A stretch of DNA of 64,000 nucleotides from Clostridia bacterium (GTDB taxonomy: Bacteria; Bacillota; Clostridia; Lachnospirales; CAG-274). Shown here piece after piece: positions 37,464 to 46,423 of this stretch (the first letter of the stretch is position 1; each line of letters starts with the position of its first letter). The position numbers were made by a program, and so were the translations under genes. The stretch is taken from positions 1,321 to 65,320 of the forward strand of contig JAUNGN010000011.1 in assembly GCA_030524425.1 (NCBI GenBank), read 5' to 3'. Under the pieces are notes generated by a model. It did not search any database and was not told the origin of the DNA. It was given only the letters and a program-made list of their open reading frames with translations.

Positions 37464-37835
37464 TTAATTGGCTGTTAAGTCTTCTTCAGTCAGCTCTCTT
37501 GCATCTCCCCATATTCTTTCAAGGGAATAAAATTCTCTGTCATCCTTGTGGAAAAGATGCACAACAATATCACCAAAGTCCATAAGTACCCAGCTTCGGT
37601 TATGTGTTTGGATACCTTCTGTATGCTTCAGTACAAAGCCTGCCTTATAAAGACTTTCATCAACAGCATCAGCCATAGCTTTAAGCTGATTGGAATTTGA
37701 GCCGCTTGCTATAACAAAATAATCACTAAGTGTTGATATTTTACTTATGTCAAGTACTCTTATGTCAATTGCAAGCTTATCTTCTAATGCTTTGTAAGCA
37801 AGCTTTGCCCCTTCAAGGGAATTTGTATTACTCAT
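37464..37835 (-). CDS. rsfS: Ribosome silencing factor RsfS (iojap-like)
   Basis: Contains DYFVIASGSNSNQLKAMADAV...WVLMDFGDIVVHLF. About 120 aa, positioned after nadD/yqeK as in B. subtilis. Confidence 0.92.
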   Translation of the reverse strand: MSNTNSLEGAKLAYKALEDKLAIDIRVLDISKISTLSDYFVIASGSNSNQLKAMADAVDESLYKAGFVLKHTEGIQTHNRSWVLMDFGDIVVHLFHKDDREFYSLERIWGDARELTEEDLTAN

Positions 37836-39045
37836 TTTCTTCCTCCTTAAGATACTCCAGGGCTGCTATGCCCAATGGATGTATTATTCTTTTTTTGTGT
37901 TTATTATAATTTATTGTATTTTCAAGAGAACATATAACAGCTTTATTTATATCCTTATAAGCTAATTCTCTTACCTTATCAAGTCCCTGAAAATAATCTC
38001 TGTTTGGCTCAATATAGTCTGCTATAAATATTATTTTTTCAAGCATTGACATATCGGGTCTGCCTGTAGTATGGTAGGCTATGGCATCAAGAATTTCATT
38101 GTCATTTATTCCGTATTCCTTCTCGGCAATTTTAGCTCCTAAAAAGCTGTGGGTAAGGTCAGGCTGACTCTTTAAAATATCATCAAGTATGAGTCCGTAT
38201 TTATCACAAAGCTCAAGCTTTTCTTCATCAGTCAGGCATTTTGCACAGTCATGTAAAAGTCCTGCAAGATATGCTTTATCAGAATCAATGTCATATCTTT
38301 TTGCAAGCTGTAATGCTTCTTGAGCAACACCCTGAGTATGCTTGTACCTTTTGGGAGTCAGAACTGAGTGGAGCCTTGCGTTTATTGCATCAATTTCAGC
38401 AGAAGAAATATCATCTGCACTGTATAAGCCGAACTTTAAAATATATTCTTCCACGGATGGAGGAACTAAATACTTAATGGTTTGTCCTGCTAAAACTCTG
38501 TGTCTAATATCTGTGGAGGATATTGAAAGGGCAGGTATTTCCAAAAATGTAATCTTGCCTTTGTAATTATCCTTTAGATTACTTACTGTATCCTGAAGCT
38601 CAATCTTATTGTATCCGGGTCTTGTTACTGCCACAAATTCACACATTGAAAGAAGTTCTTCGGGGCTTTTCCATTTCAGAATTTCGTTAATGGCGTCGGC
38701 ACCGGTTATAAAATATATTTTGCAGTCAGGTTTACATCGTGTTTTAAGTTCTGTAATTGTATCAATTGTATAGGTCATTCCTGCTCTGTCAATTTCAATT
38801 CTTGACACCTCAAAATGTGGATTGGTAACTGTTGCCAGAACTGTCATAAGGTATCTGTGTTCGTTAAACATTGGCTTAATATCCTTGTGGGGAGGTTTGC
38901 CTGCAGGGATAAATATAACTCTGTCTATTCCCAGCTGCTGCCTTACAGCTTCTGCCGCCACAAGATGGCCGTTGTGAATAGGATTAAATGTACCGCCCAT
39001 AATGGCTATTTTATTATATTTTCTGTAATCTGTTATTTGATTCAT
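37828..39045 (-). CDS. nadD: Fusion protein: nicotinate-nucleotide adenylyltransferase (NadD) plus YqeK HD-domain phosphohydrolase
   Basis: The N-terminal half carries GGTFNPIHNGH and ISSTDIR. The C-terminal half carries RYKHTQGV...LLHDCAK...AYHTTG (HD domain, YqeK type). Start ATG 39045 follows GGAGA and overlaps the mpg stop (ATGA). Confidence 0.88.
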   Translation of the reverse strand: MNQITDYRKYNKIAIMGGTFNPIHNGHLVAAEAVRQQLGIDRVIFIPAGKPPHKDIKPMFNEHRYLMTVLATVTNPHFEVSRIEIDRAGMTYTIDTITELKTRCKPDCKIYFITGADAINEILKWKSPEELLSMCEFVAVTRPGYNKIELQDTVSNLKDNYKGKITFLEIPALSISSTDIRHRVLAGQTIKYLVPPSVEEYILKFGLYSADDISSAEIDAINARLHSVLTPKRYKHTQGVAQEALQLAKRYDIDSDKAYLAGLLHDCAKCLTDEEKLELCDKYGLILDDILKSQPDLTHSFLGAKIAEKEYGINDNEILDAIAYHTTGRPDMSMLEKIIFIADYIEPNRDYFQGLDKVRELAYKDINKAVICSLENTINYNKHKKRIIHPLGIAALEYLKEEENE

Positions 39046-39617
39046 AAATAAAATCTCCAAAGATAATCTTTTGCTTCTTCTGCGTAATCTATACCTATCC
39101 TTTTTCCTGTTTTAAAGCTGCTGATTTTTTTCCCCTCGGTAATATAGAGTTTGTTTCCCATTAAATTTTCTCCGTTAAGCTCTCTGTCTATACCATAAGC
39201 CATACATAATTTACCCGGTCCGTTGCTGAAATTCTTAAGCTGGTATTTTGTAAGGTCAGAATAGTTTTTTTTATATCTCAGATTTGACATATATTCCATA
39301 TCTGAGATAGGCTCTATACTGCGTATAAGCACGGCAGAAGGTTCTCCTTCCTTATCCGTAACCACATTAAAGCAGTGGTACATACCGTATGTAAAGTAAA
39401 CATAGGCAATACCACCTTCTTTAAATATTACAGAGGTACGGGGCGTAAGCTTGTAATTATAGGCATGACATGCTTTGTCATATGACTTGTAGGCCTCTGT
39501 TTCCGTAATCATTGAAATTAATTTATGACCATCAATTTCCCTTACCAGATATTTGCCCAAAAGCTCTTTAGCAACAACAAGGGCATCTCTTGTGTAAAAT
39601 TTTTTATTAAGCTTCAT
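39042..39617 (-). CDS. mpg: DNA-3-methyladenine glycosylase (Mpg/AAG family)
   Basis: Contains FYTRDALVVAKELLGKYLV...ITETEAY...ACHAY...PGKLC. The start is ATG 39617 or 39620; the ORF track starts at 39680. Confidence 0.85.
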   Translation of the reverse strand: MKLNKKFYTRDALVVAKELLGKYLVREIDGHKLISMITETEAYKSYDKACHAYNYKLTPRTSVIFKEGGIAYVYFTYGMYHCFNVVTDKEGEPSAVLIRSIEPISDMEYMSNLRYKKNYSDLTKYQLKNFSNGPGKLCMAYGIDRELNGENLMGNKLYITEGKKISSFKTGKRIGIDYAEEAKDYLWRFYL

Positions 39618-40449
39618 CATATATCTTTTGCAAATATTCACAGTCACTATGATATCTGTTACCGTTTGAATTTTCAACAAGCATTGTAATATGTGGCTTT
39701 GAAGCCTTTAATTCTTTGAAAAGAGGTGCATAATTAAATAAGCCTTCACCCACTTGTTCAAAGGCTACATCTCCGTTTTCATCAAGCTTGAAATCCTTTA
39801 TATGCATAACGGATATTTTGTCACCATAATATCTGAATGCTTTGGCAATAACTTCTTCCTGCTCCTTATAGTTGTTTCTGTCAAGAAGATTGACAGGGTC
39901 AAGTATAACTTCAACATTAGGGGAATTAATATCGTCTAAAAATCTCTGCATCATTTCCGGAGAATAAATTGTGTGAGTTGCAACGCCCTCAACACCTACA
40001 ATTACACCAAGTTTTTCTGCGGCTTTAACAATTTCTCTCATTGACTTTAAAAGTCTTTGATAGCAGGTTTCCGTGTAAGTACCGGGTACAATTCTGAAGT
40101 TTTCGTCAAGTCTGCCTGTTTCTGTACCTACCATATCTGCACCGATAGCTCTGGCATATTTTAAATGTTCAATAAACCTTGCTACCTCTGCCTGTCTTTT
40201 AGACTCGTTAGGGTTTGTAGGATTAATATAGCAGCCTAACACTGCCACATGAATATTATTATCTGCAAGTTTCTTTCTGATAAAATGACCTAAGCCGGGA
40301 TTATAGTGACCTGTGTTAAAATCAATGTCAGTAATTGACTTTTTAAATGCCAGCTGTATATTGTTGATTTTATGCTCTGTAAGCTTTTCAATAAGCTGGT
40401 CAAAGGTTTGTTTACCGCCTAAGTCATGAGCTCTCATACCAAATGCCAT
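39607..40449 (-). CDS. Xylose-isomerase-like TIM-barrel protein (sugar phosphate isomerase/epimerase family)
   Basis: Contains VGTETG...VGVEGV...VILDPVN...MHIKD. I chose start ATG 40449 after GAGGTG; the ORF track starts at GTG 40458. Confidence 0.7.
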   Translation of the reverse strand: MAFGMRAHDLGGKQTFDQLIEKLTEHKINNIQLAFKKSITDIDFNTGHYNPGLGHFIRKKLADNNIHVAVLGCYINPTNPNESKRQAEVARFIEHLKYARAIGADMVGTETGRLDENFRIVPGTYTETCYQRLLKSMREIVKAAEKLGVIVGVEGVATHTIYSPEMMQRFLDDINSPNVEVILDPVNLLDRNNYKEQEEVIAKAFRYYGDKISVMHIKDFKLDENGDVAFEQVGEGLFNYAPLFKELKASKPHITMLVENSNGNRYHSDCEYLQKIYDEA

Positions 40450-40520
40450 ATCTTTCACCTCGTAAATATAAATTTAACCAATTATTATCTCATACATATA
40501 TAAGTATATCAAATAAAAGT

Positions 40521-40550
40521 AAAAAAAGCAACTGATAATAGTTGCTTTTA
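40521..40550. terminator. Bidirectional hairpin terminator
   Basis: AAAAAAAGCAAC-tgataata-GTTGCTTTT. Confidence 0.65.
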
Positions 40551-40574
40551 AACTTTCAATATAAATAGAATTTA

Positions 40575-41459
40575 TTACTCAACCCTTGTGCTTACACTAT
40601 CATCTTCTTTATCGGAAGTATTTACTTTAACACTGGTACGCTTAATAGAGTTGAGGAGCTTTTTACCTTCTTCAGAATTGGAATTAATGTATACCAATTC
40701 TGACGGATACACCATATTAAGCTTTTCTCTTGCAACCTTTTCTATAAATTCAGGACTGTCCTGATTTTCATACTGTTTTGTAAGAGCTGCACTTTCGGCC
40801 TTAGCCTCAGCAATCTGAATATCTACTTCCTGCCTGGCAGCATCAAGCTGCAGGTGAACTAAATACTGATAGCAAAGTGCTGCTGCAAATATACAAATCA
40901 TTATAATCATAACAATAGCCCACAAAATATTTATTTTTGAGCTCTTTTTCTTTGTAGCTGCTGTCAAATTTTTCACTCCCAAAAAATGCGTTACCTTTTG
41001 ATACAGTGTAATTTTCTCATATTTTACATAATTTTTCAAGTGTTTTTTAAAAAAAAGTACCGGTATGCGTAAAATTTTATTAATCGGATATAAAACCAGT
41101 CTTACAGGAGTCATAATTATGTTTAATATTAACAATACAAGCTTTTTTATAAACATAAATATGGGCTGTATCAGCCTGTCCATTATTGCTTTGAAAAGGG
41201 TGTAATACCATATCATTCCCAAAGCTGTGCCAAGTAAGGCAAAGGGACGGACTTCTCCGCTGTTGAGCTTAAGCATTAATAAAAACAGTGTAACTGCAAA
41301 AATAAACCAGTATATAAGGTCAATAATACCTTTTATTATTTTATTTAATCCTATTGTTTTTGAAAATATGTAAAATATGTGATAAAAAAGTGCAAACAAT
41401 AGTCCCAGAGCTATTGTCAGCAGAAACAGTTTGCACTGATAGGTAAAGGATAATATCAT
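40575..41459 (-). CDS. In-frame YabQ (spore cortex biosynthesis) plus DivIC/FtsB-type septum-formation-initiator protein
   Basis: The N-terminal half carries DLIYWFIFAVTLFLLMLKLNSGEVRPFALLG (YabQ signature). The C-terminal half has a TM and coiled coil ending in PEFIEKVAREKLNMVYPSELVY (DivIC/FtsB signature). No stop separates the two parts. Confidence 0.8.
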   Translation of the reverse strand: MILSFTYQCKLFLLTIALGLLFALFYHIFYIFSKTIGLNKIIKGIIDLIYWFIFAVTLFLLMLKLNSGEVRPFALLGTALGMIWYYTLFKAIMDRLIQPIFMFIKKLVLLILNIIMTPVRLVLYPINKILRIPVLFFKKHLKNYVKYEKITLYQKVTHFLGVKNLTAATKKKSSKINILWAIVMIIMICIFAAALCYQYLVHLQLDAARQEVDIQIAEAKAESAALTKQYENQDSPEFIEKVAREKLNMVYPSELVYINSNSEEGKKLLNSIKRTSVKVNTSDKEDDSVSTRVE

Positions 41460-41719
41460 TTAAAAAGCCTGCCCAACAGACTTCTCTTTGAGCTGTTCTC
41501 GTTATCATAGGATAGGGAGTATACATTGCCGTCTGCTGTCAGGCTGCCTTTTTCAAGGTTGAGGCTGTTTATATGCAGGTTATAGCCTCTTATAACCAGT
41601 ATTCCGTTTTCTGTCTGGGCAACAATATTTTCTTCATCAAAGCTTAGTATATCTGTTATACCTGTTGCCACAAGTTTTTCTCTGTTGTCAAGGTTTATGG
41701 TATGTTTGCTGCTTTCCAA
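41456..41719 (-). CDS. yabP: Sporulation protein YabP
   Basis: 87 aa containing INLDNREKLVATGITDILSFDEENIV...LVIRGYNLHI. Its position before yabQ is conserved. Confidence 0.88.
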   Translation of the reverse strand: MESSKHTINLDNREKLVATGITDILSFDEENIVAQTENGILVIRGYNLHINSLNLEKGSLTADGNVYSLSYDNENSSKRSLLGRLFK

Positions 41720-41761
41720 TTTTTACCCCCCTGAAATAATACATTTAAAATATATGCGGAA

Positions 41762-42001
41762 TTAAAGGACTTTATACATTTCCTGAGCGTTTTCCTTGCG
41801 GATAACCTCTTGTGTTGATAAAACTTCGTATTTTGCCGTATTGCTGCCAAAGGTAATTTCTATAATATCTCCGGCCTTTACATCAAGTCCTGCTTTTGCT
41901 GTCTTGCCGTTTACATTTACTCTTCCTGCATCACAGGCGTCATTTGCAACAGTTCTTCTTTTTATTATTCTGCTTACCTTTAAATATTTGTCAAGTCTCA
42001 T
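41762..42001 (-). CDS. yabO: S4-domain RNA-binding protein (YabO/Hsp15-like)
   Basis: Begins MRLDKYLKVSRIIKRRTVANDACDAGRVNVNGK. Start ATG 42001 follows GGAGGTG. Confidence 0.85.
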   Translation of the reverse strand: MRLDKYLKVSRIIKRRTVANDACDAGRVNVNGKTAKAGLDVKAGDIIEITFGSNTAKYEVLSTQEVIRKENAQEMYKVL

Positions 42002-42061
42002 ATACAACACCTCCAAAAATAAAAGGCGTGGACATTAGCCCACGCTTTTACTTAATAATAA

Positions 42062-42337
42062 TTACTTATTAACAGCGTCCTTGAAAGCCTTACCAACCTT
42101 AAATCTTGGAGCCTTTGAAGCAGCGATTTCCATTTTATCGCCTGTTCTTGGATTAACACCTGTACGAGCTTCTCTTTCCTTAACGTCGAAAGTACCAAAG
42201 CCAACTAATCTAACGTCACCGCCGTTAACTAATTCCTCTGTTACGGTTTCGATAAAAGCCTTTAAAGCCTTTTCAGCCTCTGTCTTTTTTAAGCCTGCCT
42301 TTTCAGCCATCTTTGTTGCTAATTCTGATTTGTTCAT
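42062..42337 (-). CDS. hup: DNA-binding protein HU
   Basis: Begins [16 protein letters not shown] and contains [44 protein letters not shown]. 91 aa. Confidence 0.96.
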   Translation of the reverse strand: MNKSELATKMAEKAGLKKTEAEKALKAFIETVTEELVNGGDVRLVGFGTFDVKEREARTGVNPRTGDKMEIAASKAPRFKVGKAFKDAVNK

Positions 42338-43113
42338 TGAAATTTTCCTCCTTTATTTTTTCTTACCTCCATAGCCTCGGAATCTGTATCCTCAATAATT
42401 CCTCCAACGGTTACATCGGTAGTTTCAATGGTCTCAAGTTTATTTATATACGTTTCCAGAGCATTTGTCAAGGAAAATTCAGCATTTATTTGTAAAAAAT
42501 GAGAAATTTTTGATAAATTCATTAAAAAACTGCCAATATATTCCATTTTTTCTAAATAATTACTGTTTTTTGCGTTTTTAAGCTTTGCTGACAGCTTAGT
42601 ATTTTCATTAACCAAATCCTCAAAAACAATGTGGTCAAGGTCAGTTTTTTCTGCTTTGGAAATTGTCTTATCACTTCTGATTAATGCAGGGAGAGAGTGA
42701 GGAACACTTTTAATAATTTCCATATTATTTTTATATCCTTTTTCCTGTTTTTTTATGCTTTCCCATTTTGTATTAATTTCTTTCACAGATTTATTGCCCT
42801 CTGTTGAAAAGACGTGGGGATGACGCAATATCATTTTTTTTGTTATTCCGTCCACAACATCTTCAAATGAAAACAGGTTTTCTTTTTCTGCAAGCTTACT
42901 GTGAAAAATTATCTGAAATAATACATCTCCCAATTCTTCACAAAGATTATCTTTGTCGTTATTGTTAATGGCATCAATTACCTCATAGGTTTCTTCTATA
43001 AAGTATTTTTTAAGACTTTCGTGAGTCTGTGCCTTGTCCCAGGGGCAGCCGTTTTCTCCCAAGAGCTTTTCCATAACCTGTTTCAGGTCATTAATATTGT
43101 ATTTTTTTTCCAT
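42334..43113 (-). CDS. mazG: MazG-family nucleoside triphosphate pyrophosphohydrolase
   Basis: Contains [27 protein letters not shown]...[13 protein letters not shown] (EExxE/D motifs). The mazG-hup-yabO-yabP order is typical of Clostridia. Confidence 0.88.
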   Translation of the reverse strand: MEKKYNINDLKQVMEKLLGENGCPWDKAQTHESLKKYFIEETYEVIDAINNNDKDNLCEELGDVLFQIIFHSKLAEKENLFSFEDVVDGITKKMILRHPHVFSTEGNKSVKEINTKWESIKKQEKGYKNNMEIIKSVPHSLPALIRSDKTISKAEKTDLDHIVFEDLVNENTKLSAKLKNAKNSNYLEKMEYIGSFLMNLSKISHFLQINAEFSLTNALETYINKLETIETTDVTVGGIIEDTDSEAMEVRKNKGGKFQ

Positions 43114-43361
43114 AGTGTATCTCCTTTGCGGATTATCGTTTTTTAAACGAATTTATAGTAACTTAAAATGTGATGTATGTCAAGAATTGGAGAATTTATT
43201 ATTAATAAACAAAACAGAAAGATTGAACTTGTGAGAATAAATTATATTTTCTTTTATGTCAGAATGTTTAAAAATTTTTAATAATTAATATTCTTTACAT
43301 ATTAAAGGTTTAGTGCTAAAATTAGCTTATCTTTAGAGTTTATGTTTAAGGGGTGATTAAT

Positions 43362-43730
43362 ATGTATTGTATGCATTGCGGAGAACAAATTGCTGAAAAT
43401 TCAAGATTCTGCAAATATTGCGGTAAGCTTGTGGCTGAGGATGAAGTTAAGTTAATAAATGAGCCTGAAAATAACAGACCTGAATATTCAGAGGAAAATG
43501 AAGCTGAGAATGACAGTACGGAATGTCATAGTACTGATGGAGATATATCTTCAATTGATATGGTTATGGAAGATATTAAAACACAGCTTGAAAAAGAAGA
43601 GGTTATAGATGACTTTTTCTTTGAGCATATTTCAGCAAAAAAGAAAAGAGCTTTGTTTATATTAGGCGTATTTATGGTTGCTATAGTAGCGGTTATTGTA
43701 TTTGCGTGGTTCTTTCCCGACCTTATATAA
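43362..43730 (+). CDS. Zinc-ribbon membrane protein, function unknown
   Basis: Begins MYCMHCGEQIAENSRFCKYCG (CxxC...CxxC). An acidic linker and a C-terminal TM helix follow. ATG 43362 follows AAGGGG. Confidence 0.7.
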   Translation: MYCMHCGEQIAENSRFCKYCGKLVAEDEVKLINEPENNRPEYSEENEAENDSTECHSTDGDISSIDMVMEDIKTQLEKEEVIDDFFFEHISAKKKRALFILGVFMVAIVAVIVFAWFFPDLI

Positions 43731-43741
43731 AAACATTATAT

Positions 43742-43773
43742 AAAAAAACTCTCGTTACACCGAGAGTTTTTTT
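43742..43773. terminator. Bidirectional terminator (zinc-ribbon gene / rpmB)
   Basis: AAAAAAACTCTCG-ttacac-CGAGAGTTTTTTT. Confidence 0.85.
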
Positions 43774-43808
43774 ATATTAAATATAAAGTTATCTGCTTAA
43801 TACGGAAA

Positions 43809-44024
43809 TTAGATTGCACGAGTAATTGTACCCTTGTGCATACCGCTTCTTAAACATCTTGCGCAAATATTAATTGACTTAACATTGCCGTTTTCTTCAA
43901 CAATCTTAATCTTCTTGATATTTGACTTCCAAGTCTTGTTAGCTCTTCTGGAAACCTGACTACGATTAATACTGATTCTGTGACCTGTCTGTCTGGTCTT
44001 TTCACAAATCTCACACTTTGCCAT
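43809..44024 (-). CDS. rpmB: 50S ribosomal protein L28
   Basis: Begins MAKCEICEKTRQTGHRISINRSQVSRRANKTWKSNIKK and contains CARCLRSG (Zn-ribbon type L28). It is divergent from recG, as in B. subtilis. Confidence 0.9.
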   Translation of the reverse strand: MAKCEICEKTRQTGHRISINRSQVSRRANKTWKSNIKKIKIVEENGNVKSINICARCLRSGMHKGTITRAI

Positions 44025-44204
44025 TGATTACACCTCCTTAGTCAATTACTCATCGTTATTCATTTTATCAGAAAAATATAATAAATGCAAGAAAAATTTT
44101 AAGAAATTTTGAAATTTATTCGGAAAAGGTAAAAACATTGATAATTTTTATAAAATAGTGTATACTCTAACTACCTTAATAAAAGAAGGGGAGAAATTGG
44201 AAAT

Positions 44205-44300
44205 ATGAATATTATTACAGATGCGGATGATGTTAAAGATGTTAGGAATGGTATTATACAACTTTTAAAAAGGAGAAATTTAAAAGAGGTGCTGAAATAG
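44205..44300 (+). CDS. Candidate 31-aa small ORF upstream of recG (unverified)
   Basis: ATG 44205 lies 10 nt after AAGGGGAG. It encodes MNIITDADDVKDVRNGIIQLLKRRNLKEVLK, with stop TAG 44298-44300 one nucleotide before the recG ATG. It is below the ORF-track size cutoff. Confidence 0.25.
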   Translation: MNIITDADDVKDVRNGIIQLLKRRNLKEVLK

Positions 44301-44301
44301 T

Positions 44302-46353
44302 ATGAAGCCGAATGATAGTATTGAGGTTGTAAAAAATATTGGAAGAACGAGGGCTGATGAGCTGAAAAAACTGGGTATAGAAACAGTTGAAGATTTAATT
44401 GAGTATTATCCCAGAGATTATGAGGACAGGAGCAGTTATGTGCCTGTAGGTGAAGCAGAGGCTGGTAAAATAAATACAATAAGGGGCAGGGTTGCGGCAT
44501 CTCCCGATGCCAGAAGAATGAGGACTATGACTGTTGTAAGTGCAGGAATTGCTGATAAAAGCGGTACAATTGAGTGTGTATGGTTTAATCAGCCTTATGT
44601 TAAAAATCAGCTTACTGCAGGCAGAGAATACAGCTTTACGGGGAAGGTTGTTGAAAAGTATGGCAGACTGCAGATGGAGTCTCCTGATTATGAACCGGTT
44701 AATGAAAACAGTCTGAATACGGGAAGAATAGTGCCGATTTATACCGTACCTAAGAAAATGTCACAAAAGGTAATAAGAGGCTGTATAAAGAATGCCATGG
44801 ATTCTGTTGAAGGTACTCTTGAGGAGTATATGCCAAACAGAATAGTTAAAAAGCATAATTTGTGTGACAGAGCCTTTGCTGTAAGAAACATCCATTTTCC
44901 GGAAAGTGACAGTGCGTTTTTTAAGGCAAGAAGAAGACTTGTTTTTGATGAGCTTTTGTTTTTGCAGCTTCATTTACTTGAACTGAAAGGCAATATATGC
45001 GGTAAAAAAAGCAATATTGCAATTAATAAATATAATGATAAGGAAATAAGAAAACAGCTTGGTTTTGAATTAACCCGTTCGCAGGAAAAGGTTTTATGTG
45101 AAATAAAAGCTGATTTCAAGACCGGCAGTGTTATGAACAGGCTTATACAGGGTGATGTTGGCTCAGGCAAGACTGCTCTTGCAATGATTGCGGCTTACAT
45201 TGTTATCAGTAACGGCTATCAGGCTGTGCTCATGGCACCTACAGATGTTCTTGCCAATCAGCATTTTAAAAGTTTTATTGAGGTTTTTGAACCTTTAGGT
45301 ATTAAATGTGAGCTTTTAACAAGCGGACTTAGAAAAAAGGAAAGGGATAGGGTGTATGATAATATTGCTACAGGCTGTGCTAAAATGATAATTGGTACTC
45401 ATGCCCTTATTCAGGACAGAGTTGAGTATAACAATTTAGGCCTTGTTATAACTGATGAACAGCATCGTTTCGGTGTAAGACAAAGAGAAATGCTTTCAAA
45501 TAAGGGTGACGAGCCTCATGTTCTTGTAATGACTGCTACTCCTATTCCAAGAACTCTTGCTCTTATTCTTTATGGAGATTTGGATATTTCTATAATAGAC
45601 GAACTGCCTCCGGGAAGAAAAAAAGTAGATACCTTTTCTGTAGATCACAGTTATTATCAAAGGCTGTACGCCTTTATAAAAAAAGAAGTGTCAAAGGGCA
45701 GACAGGCTTATATCATTTGTCCCATGATTGAGGAAAATGATAAAACAGAGTTAAGGTCAGTGCTGAACTACACTGAAGAGCTTGACAGAAATATTTTGCC
45801 TGAACTTCGGGTAAGCTGTGTTCACGGTAAAATGAAAAATGATGAAAAACAGATAATTATGGAGGAGTTTGAAAAGGGTAATATTGATGTTCTTGTGTCC
45901 ACTACGGTTATTGAGGTAGGTATAAATGTGCCTAATGCTTCTCTTATGATAATTGAAAACGCAGAAAGATTCGGCTTGTCAACCTTGCACCAGCTAAGAG
46001 GAAGAGTGGGCAGAGGAAGTGAAAAAAGCTATTGTGTGCTTGTGAGTGATGCTAAAAGCAAGGTGGCAAAAGAAAGAATGAGTATTATGTGCAAGACTAA
46101 TGACGGATTTGTGATTTCCGAAAAGGATTTGAAATTAAGAGGTCCCGGAGATTTTTTTGGTACAAGACAGCATGGACTGCCTGAAATGAAAATTGCAAAT
46201 CTTTATAAGGATATAGAAATTTTAAAAGAAGTTCAGGGGACAGCAATCGATTTATATAACCATGACAGAGAGTTGAATTCTGTAGAAAATTCACTATTAA
46301 AGGCTAAAATTTTTAATATATTTACTACAAAAATAAAAAAAATTTGTTTATAG
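44302..46353 (+). CDS. recG: ATP-dependent DNA helicase RecG
   Basis: Wedge/OB N-domain and helicase motifs GDVGSGKT, DEQHRFG and TATPIPRT. A TRG-like QLRGRVGRG motif is present. 683 aa. Confidence 0.96.
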   Translation: MKPNDSIEVVKNIGRTRADELKKLGIETVEDLIEYYPRDYEDRSSYVPVGEAEAGKINTIRGRVAASPDARRMRTMTVVSAGIADKSGTIECVWFNQPYVKNQLTAGREYSFTGKVVEKYGRLQMESPDYEPVNENSLNTGRIVPIYTVPKKMSQKVIRGCIKNAMDSVEGTLEEYMPNRIVKKHNLCDRAFAVRNIHFPESDSAFFKARRRLVFDELLFLQLHLLELKGNICGKKSNIAINKYNDKEIRKQLGFELTRSQEKVLCEIKADFKTGSVMNRLIQGDVGSGKTALAMIAAYIVISNGYQAVLMAPTDVLANQHFKSFIEVFEPLGIKCELLTSGLRKKERDRVYDNIATGCAKMIIGTHALIQDRVEYNNLGLVITDEQHRFGVRQREMLSNKGDEPHVLVMTATPIPRTLALILYGDLDISIIDELPPGRKKVDTFSVDHSYYQRLYAFIKKEVSKGRQAYIICPMIEENDKTELRSVLNYTEELDRNILPELRVSCVHGKMKNDEKQIIMEEFEKGNIDVLVSTTVIEVGINVPNASLMIIENAERFGLSTLHQLRGRVGRGSEKSYCVLVSDAKSKVAKERMSIMCKTNDGFVISEKDLKLRGPGDFFGTRQHGLPEMKIANLYKDIEILKEVQGTAIDLYNHDRELNSVENSLLKAKIFNIFTTKIKKICL

Positions 46354-46365
46354 TAAAATAAACTG

Positions 46366-46394
46366 TTTACTTAATTGTAGTTTTACGGTATAAT
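46366..46394 (+). promoter_or_regulatory. SigmaA-like promoter of rsmD-coaD
   Basis: TTTACT (46366-46371), a 17-nt spacer, then TATAAT (46389-46394). Confidence 0.6.
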
Positions 46395-46423
46395 GAACAT
46401 ATATGTAAAAATGGAGGGAATGT

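Noticed and set aside
43312-43319. A second CIRCE upstream of the zinc-ribbon gene (AGTGCTAA).
   Set aside because: Only the right half-site is present. No TTAGCACTC lies 9 nt upstream.
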